NCBI GenBank assembly: GCA_963810095.1
Contig: CAWEMM010000009.1
Location: 352,001 to 416,000 of the forward strand
DNA from: an uncultured Chloroflexia bacterium
GTDB taxonomy: Bacteria > Chloroflexota > Anaerolineae > CG2-30-64-16
DNA: 64,000 bases
Direction: 5' to 3'
Each line of letters starts with the position of its first letter. Position 1 is the first letter of the stretch. The notes under the pieces are model-generated. The model saw only the letters and a program-made list of their open reading frames with translations. It was not told the DNA's origin and did no database searches. This document shows positions 32,494-42,397 of the stretch, piece after piece. The position numbers and the translations under genes were made by a program.

Positions 32494-32588
32494 ATGGGAC
32501 ACTGGTGCAACTGATTGGACTGCTCCGCACTGTCCTTCGGGAAAAGATCTTGATAGTCAGTCCAATCCGTTCAGGCAGTCCAATGTCC
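32494..32588. repeat. Degenerate palindromic repeat, family A
   Basis: ATGGGACACTGGTGCAACTGATTGGACTG ... CAGTCCAATC, resembles the 44988 and 45141 copies. Confidence 0.6.
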
Positions 32589-32595
32589 GATCAGG

Positions 32596-33540
32596 TCAGG
32601 CCCGTGATGCGACGGGCTGCTGGGCCGACGCCGGTTCAGCCGCCGGCTCCCTGGCCGGCACCCGGATGGCTGCGACAAGCCCGACGACCAGCGCCGCGTC
32701 CAGCAGCACCCGCACTGCGACGACGGGCTGGCTGAAGGTGAAGAACAGGACCACGAAGACCGACGCCACGGCAAGCGTCAGCGGCGCCACCCAGGGACGC
32801 CGGGCCACGAACAACACGGCGGCGGCGACTCCAACCAACAGGGCGACGAACCAGAGCACCATCTCCACCGGCTCCTGGTAGGGCGGCTCGGCCCAGCCCT
32901 CGGCGCGGGCCTTGATCCCGTTCATCATGCGCTGTTCCATGATGAAGGCGCCATTGCCGATGAAGAAGGCCATGACAGGGTTGTCCCCGCCGGTCATCGG
33001 CTGGATGCCGATCCGGTTAACCAGCCGGGTGCCTTTCCCGTCCGCAGTCGGCGCGATCTGCCACAACCACGTCCAGCCCATCACGTCGGGGCTGACCGCC
33101 GTAGCCAGCAGCCACTTCCCCGGCTCGAAGCGTTCCCATTTGAGCAGGCTCTGGATGATCTGCTCGCCCGCCTGTGGGTTCTGCCACTCGGGGTGGATCT
33201 CGTTCGCGTTTGTGTAGTTGACCGTATAGTCCGCGCCGCCCGTGATGGCGCCCACCCGGTCCTCGATGAAGGTGAAGCTGTAGAAGGCGCCGCGGGTGTC
33301 GCCAATTTGCGCCAGCCAGGGCCAGACCTTTTCGGGTGGCGCATTGATGGTGCGTGCGTTGGTCCAGTCGATGACCGGTGCGGACAGCGTCTCGTCGCCT
33401 GGCAGCGTGAGCGCGGCCTCGGCGGCCGTGGCGCCCCAATGGGGCATCTGGGCCTGAAAAATGGCGAAGCCGGCGACCAGCGCCACGGCCAGGACGACGA
33501 GGCCAATCAGTATGCGGAGGAGGCGGGTGCGAAGAGTCAT
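32596..33540 (-). CDS. Membrane-anchored SRPBCC-like protein
   Basis: WGATAAE...LPGD, INAPPEKVWPWLAQIG..RGAFYS and MEQRMMNGIKARAE, plus TM helices. Confidence 0.7.
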   Translation of the reverse strand: MTLRTRLLRILIGLVVLAVALVAGFAIFQAQMPHWGATAAEAALTLPGDETLSAPVIDWTNARTINAPPEKVWPWLAQIGDTRGAFYSFTFIEDRVGAITGGADYTVNYTNANEIHPEWQNPQAGEQIIQSLLKWERFEPGKWLLATAVSPDVMGWTWLWQIAPTADGKGTRLVNRIGIQPMTGGDNPVMAFFIGNGAFIMEQRMMNGIKARAEGWAEPPYQEPVEMVLWFVALLVGVAAAVLFVARRPWVAPLTLAVASVFVVLFFTFSQPVVAVRVLLDAALVVGLVAAIRVPAREPAAEPASAQQPVASRA

Positions 33541-33645
33541 GGATGATACCCTCACTTTCGCACGGTACTACGCACCCGGCACGTCCCCGGTCGCGTCATG
33601 CTGCTGGGCGACAGGCGACCAGCAGCTTCGACAGCCCGCGAACCC

Positions 33646-33954
33646 TTAGGTCACGACGTTATAGAACTCGCGGCGCCCCGATTCGGTCGCCGGGACCATG
33701 CGGGCGAACCAATCCCCGAATTCGGGCAGCGCAAACTCGGCCGCCGTGAGCCGCTCCCACCCGGCAAAGTCGTCGACGAGGATCTCGGTCACGACGGTGA
33801 AGAACGGGCCGCTTGCGTCCGTCATGATGCGAAACTCGTGCATGTAGCCGCGGCCTTCGCTGCCCTCCCAGTGGCCGCTCAGCTCCCTAAAGAGGGCGAC
33901 CAGTTCGTCGCCCCTCCCATACTTCGCCTGAAACACATCGCGCACGAGCAACAC
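33646..33954 (-). CDS. Small hypothetical protein (NIPSNAP-like fold suspected)
   Basis: AAGGAG RBS before GTG; RDVFQAKYG...RIMTDASGPFFTVVTE...SGRREFY. Confidence 0.6.
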   Translation of the reverse strand: MLLVRDVFQAKYGRGDELVALFRELSGHWEGSEGRGYMHEFRIMTDASGPFFTVVTEILVDDFAGWERLTAAEFALPEFGDWFARMVPATESGRREFYNVVT

Positions 33955-34133
33955 GGCTGAACTCCTTCTGCCCGGTCCCTCACCGGTGCAAAGCTCGGTT
34001 TGCGCGCTGGCAGATCGACCTGGGTTCTGAGTATGACTTTTATTACAGATCCGAGGAAACTGCAAGGAGAGCGTGGCGGAGGCGACGGCCTTCCCCGCTC
34101 ACAGAGACCGGGCGGGGAAGGCCAGGGGGACAA

Positions 34134-34670
34134 TTAGGCCCGCCGGTAGCGCAGCCGTACGACGCCGCTCGGGAAGACCTGGTGATCGACGAGTGTCAGC
34201 GCCTGCTGGAGGCTCCGGGCAGCGGGCTCGAGGAGCGGGATGCCCGCGCCGAGCACCACCGGAATGAGTGTCAGGTCGTATTCGTCGATGAGCCCGGCTG
34301 CGGCGAAGGCTGCCGCGAGCTTGCCGCCTCCGACCAGCCAGATATTTTTCTGGTGCTTCGCCTGCAGCGACCGGACGAGGTCGGCCGGCGCTTCGGAGGT
34401 GAAGCGCACGCTGCCGCCTTTCGGCTGGGGCAGGGCGCGGGAGGTCATCACGATCGACTCCAACCCTTCGTAGGGCCACTCCTCCCCCCTGTTCAGGATC
34501 CACTCATACGTCGCCGCGCCCATAATCAGCGCACCGAGCCCGGCCACCAACTCCTGATAGCCGTAGTCTTCGCCGGTGGCGTCGTATTTGAGCAGCCACG
34601 CCAGGTCGCCGCCCGGTCCTGCGATCAACCCGTCCACGCTCATGGCCAGGTAGTAAATGACTTTGCCCAA
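34134..34670 (-). CDS. Dihydrofolate reductase-like (RibD C-terminal) protein
   Basis: AMSVDGLIA, IMGAATYE, IWLVGGG, GLIDE and PVVLGAGIPL. Confidence 0.88.
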   Translation of the reverse strand: MGKVIYYLAMSVDGLIAGPGGDLAWLLKYDATGEDYGYQELVAGLGALIMGAATYEWILNRGEEWPYEGLESIVMTSRALPQPKGGSVRFTSEAPADLVRSLQAKHQKNIWLVGGGKLAAAFAAAGLIDEYDLTLIPVVLGAGIPLLEPAARSLQQALTLVDHQVFPSGVVRLRYRRA

Positions 34671-34680
34671 GAGGTGCTCC

Positions 34681-37256
34681 TTATCGCGATGCGAGGCCAC
34701 CGACGGCAGGTGTCCGAAGCTTCAAGCGCAAGCCATCAAGCCGGCTCGTGTCGAAGACTCCGCCCTCCGACCAATGCGCGTCGAAGGCTGCCGCGCCGAG
34801 CCGCCACGTACGCGGGTAATCGGCGAATAAATGCGCTGCGACAAGCCGTCATCGACATGCGGCGGCTGCTCCCAGTATTCTTTCCGCTGCGCCGAAGAGG
34901 CAGGCAGCGCGGGCATCGTGAGCTGCAGGCCGGCTACGCCCGAACCCCATGAGCGAACGAGCTTCCCACCCGGAGGGCAGCCGGAGTTCCCTCACGATAC
35001 TCACGTGCTCTTGAAATAACGCTTGCGCCTCCCGCCAGTTCCCTTCGTCCAGTGCGAGACGGCCAAGGCTTGCGACGACCGCGTGCAGGCCTCGCAGATA
35101 CTGCATGCTCCGCCAGATCTGCGCACACTCCATGAGGCAAACGCGCGCCCGTGTCCAGATCGCCCTCCATGTGCGCCAGGCGTCCAAGCGACTGCAGCGC
35201 GTGCGAGGTCCAGAGCGGATAACCCTCGCGCCTGGCAATCGCCAGCGCCTCGCCATATCGCTGGCGTGCCAACTCAGCCTCGCCCTTGCCGAGCGCCAAC
35301 TCGCCCATCGTCCACAGTGCGTAGGAATAGTGGAGCAGGTTGCCGGCTTGGCGGCAGGCCGCCAGGAGCTCCTCCTCGTACTCATCCATTGCCGCAATCG
35401 AGTTGGTAGCGGTAGACTTCCACCAGGCTGAAGCGATTGAAGCACTGCGGCAAATCGTCCTGTTCCCGTGCCATGGCGAGGCTGGCCTTGATGAGCTTCT
35501 CTGCCCGCGGGTACTCGCGCATGCCAAAGACCTGATCGCCGGCGAACCAGAGCGCGGTCGCGGCGGAGTTTGCTGGGCGGCCAGGCTTCGGTCAGTGCAA
35601 GGATGACGGTCGACCAGGCGAACGAGTCATAGAGCCGCACGCTGTAGAAGGTGAAGATACTCAGCGCTTTGCCGAGGCGGATCGCCGATGCCGCGTTCCT
35701 CTCGAGCGCGACAGCCATCGCCGCTCGGAAGTTGTCGTATTCGTTGCCCAGGCGATCGATCCATGCGGTTCGACCTGCCAGGATGTGCGGTTCGCTCTCT
35801 TCGGCCAAGGCCACGTAGTAGCCCAGGTGCCGGTCGCGAACCGCATCCAGCTCGCCGTGCGCCTTGAGGTTTTCCAGGCCGTACTGTCGCACCGTTTCCA
35901 GCAACCGGTACCGGCTCTCCGCCCGCGTTTCTCGCACGATCACCAGCGAGTGCTCGACGAGGCTGGTCAGCAGGTCGAGGACCTGAGGTCGATCGATCAC
36001 GAACGTCAGTCCATGCCGAGCCTGTCCTTCAATGTAGCCCCCACCCGCGCAAACAGCCTCGACAGCTTCAAGTGCAAAGCTGCCCGCAAACACCGCCAAC
36101 CGGTTCAGCAGTGTGGCTTCTGGCCCGGTCAGCAAATCGTAGCTCCAGTCCAGCGATGCCCGCAATGTCTGTTGCCGGCGCAAGGCCGTGCGGCTGCCGT
36201 GCGTGAGCAGGCTGAACTGGTCGTCCAGGTGGGCAGCAATCTGCTGGGGCGCGAGGATGCGGATGCGCGCGGCCGCCAGTTCGATCGCCAGCGGCATGCC
36301 GTCCAGCCGGGTTACGATCTCGGCGACCGCCTGCACATTCGACCCGTCGATGCGAAAGGCCGGCTGGGCGCTGCGGCCCCGCTCCGCAAACAGCCGCATA
36401 GCCTCGTATGCCGCGGCCTCGTTGATGGGTGGAAGATGCTCAGGATCTGGCGCTTGCAGGGAGGGGACGCTGTAGCTGGTCTCGCCGCAGACGCGCAGTG
36501 GCTCCCGGCTTGTCGCCAGCACCTTGAGCCATGCAGCGCCGGCCAGAAGAGACTCGGCCAGCTCCGCACACTGCTCGATCAGGTGCTCGCAATTGTCCAG
36601 AAGCAGGAGCAGTTGGCGCCCCGCCAGGTAGTCGAGGAGTTGCTCCCGGAGGGGCGCGCTGCCGCCGTGGCGAACCCCCAGGCTCGAAGCAATCGCCTGG
36701 GGCAGGATTTCGCCGTCCTCCAGGGGCGCCAGGTCCACGAGCCAAACGCCGTCAGGAAAGACGTCGACCAGGCGACCGGCAACTTCCAGCGCAAGGCTCG
36801 TCTTGCCGCACCCGCCCGCGCCGGTGAGGGTGAGCAATCTGACGCTTTGCAGCACGCCCAGGAGCTCGGCGATCTGTGCCTCGCGGCCGACGAAGCTGCT
36901 TAGGCGGAGGGGCAGGTTGCTCCGGCGGCGACGCCCCGTAGGACCCGCCCCGCCGGTCCTGGGGTTGATATCGGTGGAGGTGGGGGGCGGGGCCATTGCG
37001 GTGGCCGCGAGCGGCACGTCCCCGCCGACAATTGCACGCGCGAAGTTGACAAACGCCTGCCTGTCGGCTGAGGGTACGTCCAGAACCGCAGCGAGGCTGA
37101 GCGCGATTTCTTCGAAGGCCGGCGCTCGCCGGACTCGATCTTCCGGAGGGTGACGAGAGCAACGCCCAGCCGGTTGGCAAGCTCGGCCTGGGTCAGGTCG
37201 CGGCTGCTGCGGTGGCGTTTCAACCAATGTCCGAACGAAGTACCGGTGTCGTCCAT
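34681..37256 (-). CDS. XRE-HTH / NB-ARC(STAND) ATPase / TPR regulator (several frameshifts)
   Basis: SFGHWLKRHR..DLTQAELA HTH; LTGAGGCGKT, LLLDNCEH, LDGMPLAIELAAAR and RYRLLETVRQY; TPR-like C-terminus. Confidence 0.82.
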
Positions 37257-37450
37257 GACGGCCTCGCAGGGTGGGGCGGCTGCTCAACCGAGATTTCGTG
37301 GTCGGGGACATTGTATCACAATTCGTATCACTTCGCGTACCAGCGCGACCACTTCACAAGCAGGTGCACGCATGATTAAATGATGGCACGACCTCGTGCA
37401 GTGGCACGGAACATTCACCTTGCGACCACCAGCGAAACGGAGGAACGACG

Positions 37451-37966
37451 ATGAAGAAGCTTTCGATTTGGCTGACTCTGCTGCTGCTCGTCCTGTTCGC
37501 CGCCGCCCCGGCCTCGGCGAACCAACCCATCGTGAGCTACCAGGAATTCGACCAGCAGTACCTCCTCGCGGTCTGTGACTATGGTGAGGTGTGGGATACC
37601 TTCCACGTCTTCGCGAGAATTACCGAGTTCCCGGAGAAGGACGGCAGCGTGCAGACGTTCGGCGCCGACATTGACGGGGCGGACTTCGTTTACCTGGCCA
37701 GCGAGTCGACCGTCCAGATTGCGTACGGCGAGGCGCACTTCCAGCAGGACTTCACGCTCGTTGGCACGAACCCCGACCTGTGGCAGGTCAAGTGGACGGG
37801 GGTACAGTACAACCTGAAGACGATGGCTGGAATGCCTTTCCTGCAAATCGCCGGGCAATCCGTCGCCTACCGGATTGACAACGACCCGAGCACTCAGTGG
37901 TATGTCAAGAGTGTGGGCCACAACAACTACGACGAAGCGGCCATCTGCGCCGCACTTGCCCCGTAA
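37451..37966 (+). CDS. Secreted hypothetical protein
   Basis: GGAGG RBS; signal peptide MKKLSIWLTLLLLVLFAAAPASA. Confidence 0.75.
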   Translation: MKKLSIWLTLLLLVLFAAAPASANQPIVSYQEFDQQYLLAVCDYGEVWDTFHVFARITEFPEKDGSVQTFGADIDGADFVYLASESTVQIAYGEAHFQQDFTLVGTNPDLWQVKWTGVQYNLKTMAGMPFLQIAGQSVAYRIDNDPSTQWYVKSVGHNNYDEAAICAALAP

Positions 37967-38365
37967 GCGGACACTGATGTCGGCTGCCGGACGGCACGCT
38001 GTTTATCAGCGCAGGGCGCCTCGACTTCGTCCTGCACCCGGGCGTAGAGTGGGTGCTTTCTCCCGACAGTGGCAACCCGGGCAATATCGACGCTTTCTGC
38101 AAGGCGATGTCCGAGTAATCGGCCCCGCTGAGAGCAAGGCAGGGGAAGCTCCGGTCCACTTCCGCCACGTGAGTAGACCGGAGCTTTATGTCTGGCGTGG
38201 GTTCGGCTGCCAATCACTCGTCCTGCATGTAGAAGCGCTCCAGATCGTCGTGCTTTCGTCCTCGCATACACCCACCCCCGTCTACCACGAAGCCACTGCC
38301 CTTGCACCCCAGTGAAAGCGGTGACATGAAGTTGTGCGTTGACATCATGAACGGGGAGGGCGACG

Positions 38366-38944
38366 ATGTACATTGAGACGGTTGACGAGATCGATGCGAC
38401 GGGGCTGTTGAAAGACCTGTATGACGCGGACCGGCAGGCGAACGGGTACGTGCCGAACTATACGCAGGCCATGAGCCTCCACCCGGAGGTCAATGCCGCC
38501 TGGCGCGAGCTTTCCAAGGCAATTCGCTCGAAGATGCGCTTGCGGCGTTACGAATTGGTTACTTATGCGGCAGCCCGCGCGCTCGGCTGCCGGTACTGAC
38601 TGCTGGCCCACGGAGCGGTGCTCCGCAAGAACGGCTTCAGCGTCGAGCAGTTGCGGGCAATCACGACCGATTTCCGGGAGGCCGGCCTGGCGCCGGAAGA
38701 GGTTGCGATGATGGCCTACGCCGAGAAAATCGCGGTGCGGGCGTATGAGGTGACCGAAGCGGATATCGAAGGACTGCGCAGCCACGGGTTGACCGACGCG
38801 GAGATTCTCGACGTAGCATTCGCGGCCGCGGCACGCTGCTTCTTCAGCAAGACGCTGGACGCACTGGGCGCCGAACCCGACAAAACCTATGACGAGCTGG
38901 CGGACGCCCTGGACGACGTGCTGCCGAAACACCGGGCTGCCTGA
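38366..38944 (+). CDS. AhpD/carboxymuconolactone decarboxylase-like peroxidase-related protein; probable selenoprotein (TGA 38597-38599)
   Basis: ORFs 38366..38599 and 38618..38944 share a frame; reading through gives ALGCRY(U)LLAHG, matching the CxxC-x-x-x-H AhpD motif. Confidence 0.8.
38611..38625 (+). other. Candidate bacterial SECIS hairpin
   Basis: CGGAGC-GGT-GCTCCG stem-loop starting 11 nt after the in-frame TGA. Confidence 0.55.
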
Positions 38945-38959
38945 GCCGGCACCCAAGCC

Positions 38960-39847
38960 TTACGCCGCGTCGGCCAGCACCTCGCCGATCACGCGCCGCG
39001 CGACTTCGGCCTGGCGCTGGTCCGTGCCGGCGTACTCCACGAGGGTGATCAGCGCCTTCCACAGCGCCCATCCGCGGCCCCGGTCCCATGTCGCAGGGTC
39101 GAGCGCGACCGCGGTCCTGAACGCCCGCCGGCTCTTCCCTGAAAACAGCGTCCACGCGATGGCCAAGTCACAGGCCGGGTCGCCCACGCCCGAAGTGCCG
39201 AAGTCGATCACTGCAGCCAGCCGGCCGGCCCTGGTCAGCAGGTTGCCCGCTGCCACGTCGCCATGGATCCACACGGGCGGCCCGCCCCAGCGCGACTCGA
39301 GCGCAGTCTCCCACACCTCCGTCGCCCGGCCCGTGTCGACCAGGCCGTCCAATTGCTCGATGGCTCGCCGGGTCTCGCCGTCATATACTTGGGGCGGCGC
39401 GCCGCGGAAGAAGTTGTGGCTGCCGGGCGGGGGCCCGCCGGTCGGGTCGACCTGCTGCAACGCGACGAGGAAGCCGGCGAGGGTCGTGGCAAACTCCGAT
39501 AGGTCGGCAATACGCTCGACCGCGGCCGTCTCGCCCTCTAGCCAGCGATAGATGGACCACTGCCAGGGATAGCCGTGCGCCGGTTGGCCCAGCGCGATGG
39601 GGAAGGGGATCGCCAGCGGCAGGTGTGGCGCGAGGCGGGGCAGCCAGCGGTGTTCCTTTGCCACCTGCGCCACATAGCCGGCGGCGCTGGGCAAGCGCAC
39701 GGACAGTTCTGGGCCGAGGCGGAAGGTGCGGTTATCCCAGCCGTTGGGTTCGGCAGGGACGACGGGGAGATGTGCCCATTGTGGAAACTGCCCGGCGACC
39801 AGCCGCCTGACCAGCGCGGCGTCAATATCATCTCTTTTTGGATCCAT
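38960..39847 (-). CDS. Aminoglycoside phosphotransferase-family kinase
   Basis: GWDNRTFRLG, WIHGDVAAGNLL, VIDFG and GDPACDL. Confidence 0.9.
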   Translation of the reverse strand: MDPKRDDIDAALVRRLVAGQFPQWAHLPVVPAEPNGWDNRTFRLGPELSVRLPSAAGYVAQVAKEHRWLPRLAPHLPLAIPFPIALGQPAHGYPWQWSIYRWLEGETAAVERIADLSEFATTLAGFLVALQQVDPTGGPPPGSHNFFRGAPPQVYDGETRRAIEQLDGLVDTGRATEVWETALESRWGGPPVWIHGDVAAGNLLTRAGRLAAVIDFGTSGVGDPACDLAIAWTLFSGKSRRAFRTAVALDPATWDRGRGWALWKALITLVEYAGTDQRQAEVARRVIGEVLADAA

Positions 39848-39959
39848 GCGGCCAGGGTACACGAGGAGCGCCGGCCAGGCAAGCGAGCGACGTCCTGTTG
39901 CGTCCGTTAAGGGCTTTCGGTGGGGCCTTGACCCCCACCGAAAGCCGGGATGTGCGAGG

Positions 39960-40823
39960 TTACTGCACGATGGGCCGGTTACATGCGTTTGGCAGCGTCA
40001 CCGGCTGCGTTTTGCCGTTGATGTTCGTCAGGTCGATGGAGATGCCGAAGTCGCCCTCGAACTTCAGCGGCTCGAACGCACCGCTGTAGTTCCCTCGGAA
40101 CGCCACCGGGAAACCCGTCTTCGCGTCGATGAACAGGTCCGCGTCTTCTGCCGACCAGAGCGAGTCGCCGAAGTCCTTGACCTTTTCGTCCTTGCTCTTC
40201 TGGGCCGCGGCCAGGAAGGCATCGCCGTCGATGACATAGTGCTTCACTGCGACCCCGTTCAGCTTCTCCTCGCCCACCAACTTGCCACGCGCGACATCGC
40301 TGCTCGTCAGCAACGTCATCAGTGCCTGCGGGCTCGTCGCGTCGAGCGTATCGGTCGCATTCAGCGCCTGCGGCTTGATGCAGATGGGGATGAGGCTGGG
40401 CACCGAGACGAAAGCGCCCTGCGGCGTCTTGAAGAGCTCAACCTTCGACGGCGTGAACAGGCCGACCATCGAGCCGCCGACCTTGGTTGCCAGCGGGCCC
40501 AGCAGCGGGCCGGAGATCGTGATCTTGCTCGTGTTGGGATCGCTGACGTTCAGCGCGCCGTTCAGTTGGCCCTGGGTCCGCTCACCGTCGATCAGGCCGT
40601 TCACATCCAGCGTGACGTTCCCGTTCAGCGAGTTGAGTTTTGCGATCGACTGGAGGGGGATCGGGTCGCCCGGAACGGGGGTTGTTGCGGCGAGCGGCGC
40701 GATGAACTTCGTCAGGGCCGACGCGGGGAAACCCGAGCCTGCGCTCTCTACGGCGAGCAGCGTAAAGACCGCGATCGCCAGCACCGCGATCCCAAAGGCA
40801 AAATTCCGAACCATCGCCTTCAT
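39960..40823 (-). CDS. Secreted/membrane-anchored hypothetical protein
   Basis: AAGGAG RBS, N-terminal hydrophobic signal; GEEKLNGVAVKHY-type beta-rich segment. Confidence 0.7.
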   Translation of the reverse strand: MKAMVRNFAFGIAVLAIAVFTLLAVESAGSGFPASALTKFIAPLAATTPVPGDPIPLQSIAKLNSLNGNVTLDVNGLIDGERTQGQLNGALNVSDPNTSKITISGPLLGPLATKVGGSMVGLFTPSKVELFKTPQGAFVSVPSLIPICIKPQALNATDTLDATSPQALMTLLTSSDVARGKLVGEEKLNGVAVKHYVIDGDAFLAAAQKSKDEKVKDFGDSLWSAEDADLFIDAKTGFPVAFRGNYSGAFEPLKFEGDFGISIDLTNINGKTQPVTLPNACNRPIVQ

Positions 40824-41063
40824 AGATGTGGGCTCCTTTCATGAGCAAGCCGCAATGGGCTGACTTGGGTGTGCAGCCCAGGTGGGGTTAGCGGCCAGGA
40901 ACGCGCCTCGCCAGCCTGAGCTTATGATAATAGTTGATGGGCGCTGGGCATACGCCCAAATGGGTGTAGTTGGGGTGTATTTCGGCGCGGGTAACTGCCG
41001 GGGGACTGCAACCAAGGGGGCGCCGCTGCGAACCAGCCGCGCCCCCTTGCCAGACACGCTTCG

Positions 41064-42056
41064 TTAGCGTGCGGCAAACCAGTCGAGGATGGCGGCGAGC
41101 GCCTGAGGGTCGAGGACGGCTGCCTCCGCATTGTAGCCCGCAGCTACCTCGGCGGGGTTCAGCGTCTCCCGGGGCTGACTCTCGTGCTTGAGCACGTGGT
41201 TCGCCTCTTCAGAATAGACAAACATGATGTCCTTGCGTCCGCCTACCGCCTGTTCCAGCCGGCCGCCGTCGGCCTGCCAATCCACCTGGATGTCCCTCTT
41301 CCCGATCACGACCAGCACGGGCACGGTGACCTCGGCCAGCCAGGCGGCCGCATCGGCGAGCCACAGCTCACGGGCGAAGGGCAGGTTCATCGGGCTGGTC
41401 AGGCCCTGCAGCAGCATCAGGACCCCTTGCGGCAGCACGGGGTCGGGTGTGACCGGCTGGTCGGACTGGAACTGTGCGATGGCCGCGTCGTAGGCCGCGA
41501 TCATCTCGGCCCCGTTCGGCACGGCCGCCAGCTGTGCGACGATCTGGCTGCGCCCGACGTCGCCCATCACCCGTCCGGGAGGTGCAGTCAGCACGAGCCC
41601 GGCAAAGGGGAGCGCGGGGTCGTGGACCTGGTAGTTCAAGGCATGCAGCGCGCCCTCACTGTTGGTCAGTGCGAAGATGCGGCTTGAATCGACGAAATCC
41701 TCGCCCGCCAGCACGCGCACCGCGCTTGCCAGCTCGTCGACATGGGTCCCAAAGCTGACCTTGCCCATCAGCTTCGGGAAGTTCTCCTGTGCATGGGGGC
41801 CCGAAGCTCGCTTGTCATAACGCAGCGATGCGATTCCCTTTTGCGCCAGCGCGCCGGCGAGGAGGCGGGCGCTGCCGTTCGTGCCGGGGAGAAGGGGCGT
41901 GTTCCAGTCCCGATCGGTCGGTCCGCTGCCGGCCACCATCACCACGGCCGGGAAAGGTCCGGCCCCTGCCGGCCTCACCACCGTCGCGTACATCGTCGTG
42001 TCGTCCAGCGGCCAGTCCACTTCGAAGCTGGTCCCGCGTGTTGCTTGTTCCGTCAT
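41064..42056 (-). CDS. Alpha/beta hydrolase
   Basis: GSGPTDRD, LRYDKR, nucleophile elbow TNSEG, GKRDIQV and NHVLK. Confidence 0.85.
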   Translation of the reverse strand: MTEQATRGTSFEVDWPLDDTTMYATVVRPAGAGPFPAVVMVAGSGPTDRDWNTPLLPGTNGSARLLAGALAQKGIASLRYDKRASGPHAQENFPKLMGKVSFGTHVDELASAVRVLAGEDFVDSSRIFALTNSEGALHALNYQVHDPALPFAGLVLTAPPGRVMGDVGRSQIVAQLAAVPNGAEMIAAYDAAIAQFQSDQPVTPDPVLPQGVLMLLQGLTSPMNLPFARELWLADAAAWLAEVTVPVLVVIGKRDIQVDWQADGGRLEQAVGGRKDIMFVYSEEANHVLKHESQPRETLNPAEVAAGYNAEAAVLDPQALAAILDWFAAR

Positions 42057-42198
42057 TTCGTCGTCCTTCTATGTTGAAGCAGTATTGAGCGAGGTCCACT
42101 GAGTGCGGATTGTAGCACAGCGATCATGCCCGTGTCGTACCCCAAACCTGGTATCCTGATCTCCAACAATCGGCGCTTGCGCCGGCGTCTTGGCGGAC

Positions 42199-42207
42199 TG
42201 CTATACT
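42199..42207 (+). promoter_or_regulatory. Extended -10 promoter for the leuS leader
   Basis: TGCTATACT ending 6 nt before ATG 42214. Confidence 0.6.
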
Positions 42208-42213
42208 GGGGCC

Positions 42214-42312
42214 ATGTTGAAGCAGCATACGTTCGAGGCTCTCTTGCTTACGGCGCTCCTTGCGCAAAGGAGAGGTATCCGCCTGGGCAGGGGCGTCGGG
42301 TCGAGCGCATAA
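42214..42312 (+). CDS. Leu-rich leader peptide (32 aa)
   Basis: MLKQHTFEALLLTALLAQRRGIRLGRGVGSSA*, 7 Leu codons including CTC TTG CTT and CTC CTT; lies directly before a terminator and leuS. Confidence 0.7.
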   Translation: MLKQHTFEALLLTALLAQRRGIRLGRGVGSSA

Positions 42313-42336
42313 GCTGCGACGAGTCACGCCGGATCC

Positions 42337-42363
42337 AAGACCTCCCAGGTGGGAGGTCTTTTT
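42337..42363 (+). terminator. Intrinsic terminator (attenuator) upstream of leuS
   Basis: AAGACCTCCC-AGGT-GGGAGGTCTT followed by a T-run. Confidence 0.8.
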
Positions 42364-42397
42364 ATTCCGGGTCAAAATCCAGAAAGGAGCGTTTCAA

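Noticed and set aside
37967-38365. Short ORFs in the 400-nt gap
   Set aside because: No recognisable motifs or RBS; cannot support a gene call
42071-42225. 12-nt direct repeat ATGTTGAAGCAG at 42071 and 42214
   Set aside because: Only two copies with no element-like content between them; cannot distinguish from chance
42180-42365. T-box riboswitch upstream of leuS
   Set aside because: No T-box consensus (GGTGGNACC) before the terminator; a leader-peptide model fits better
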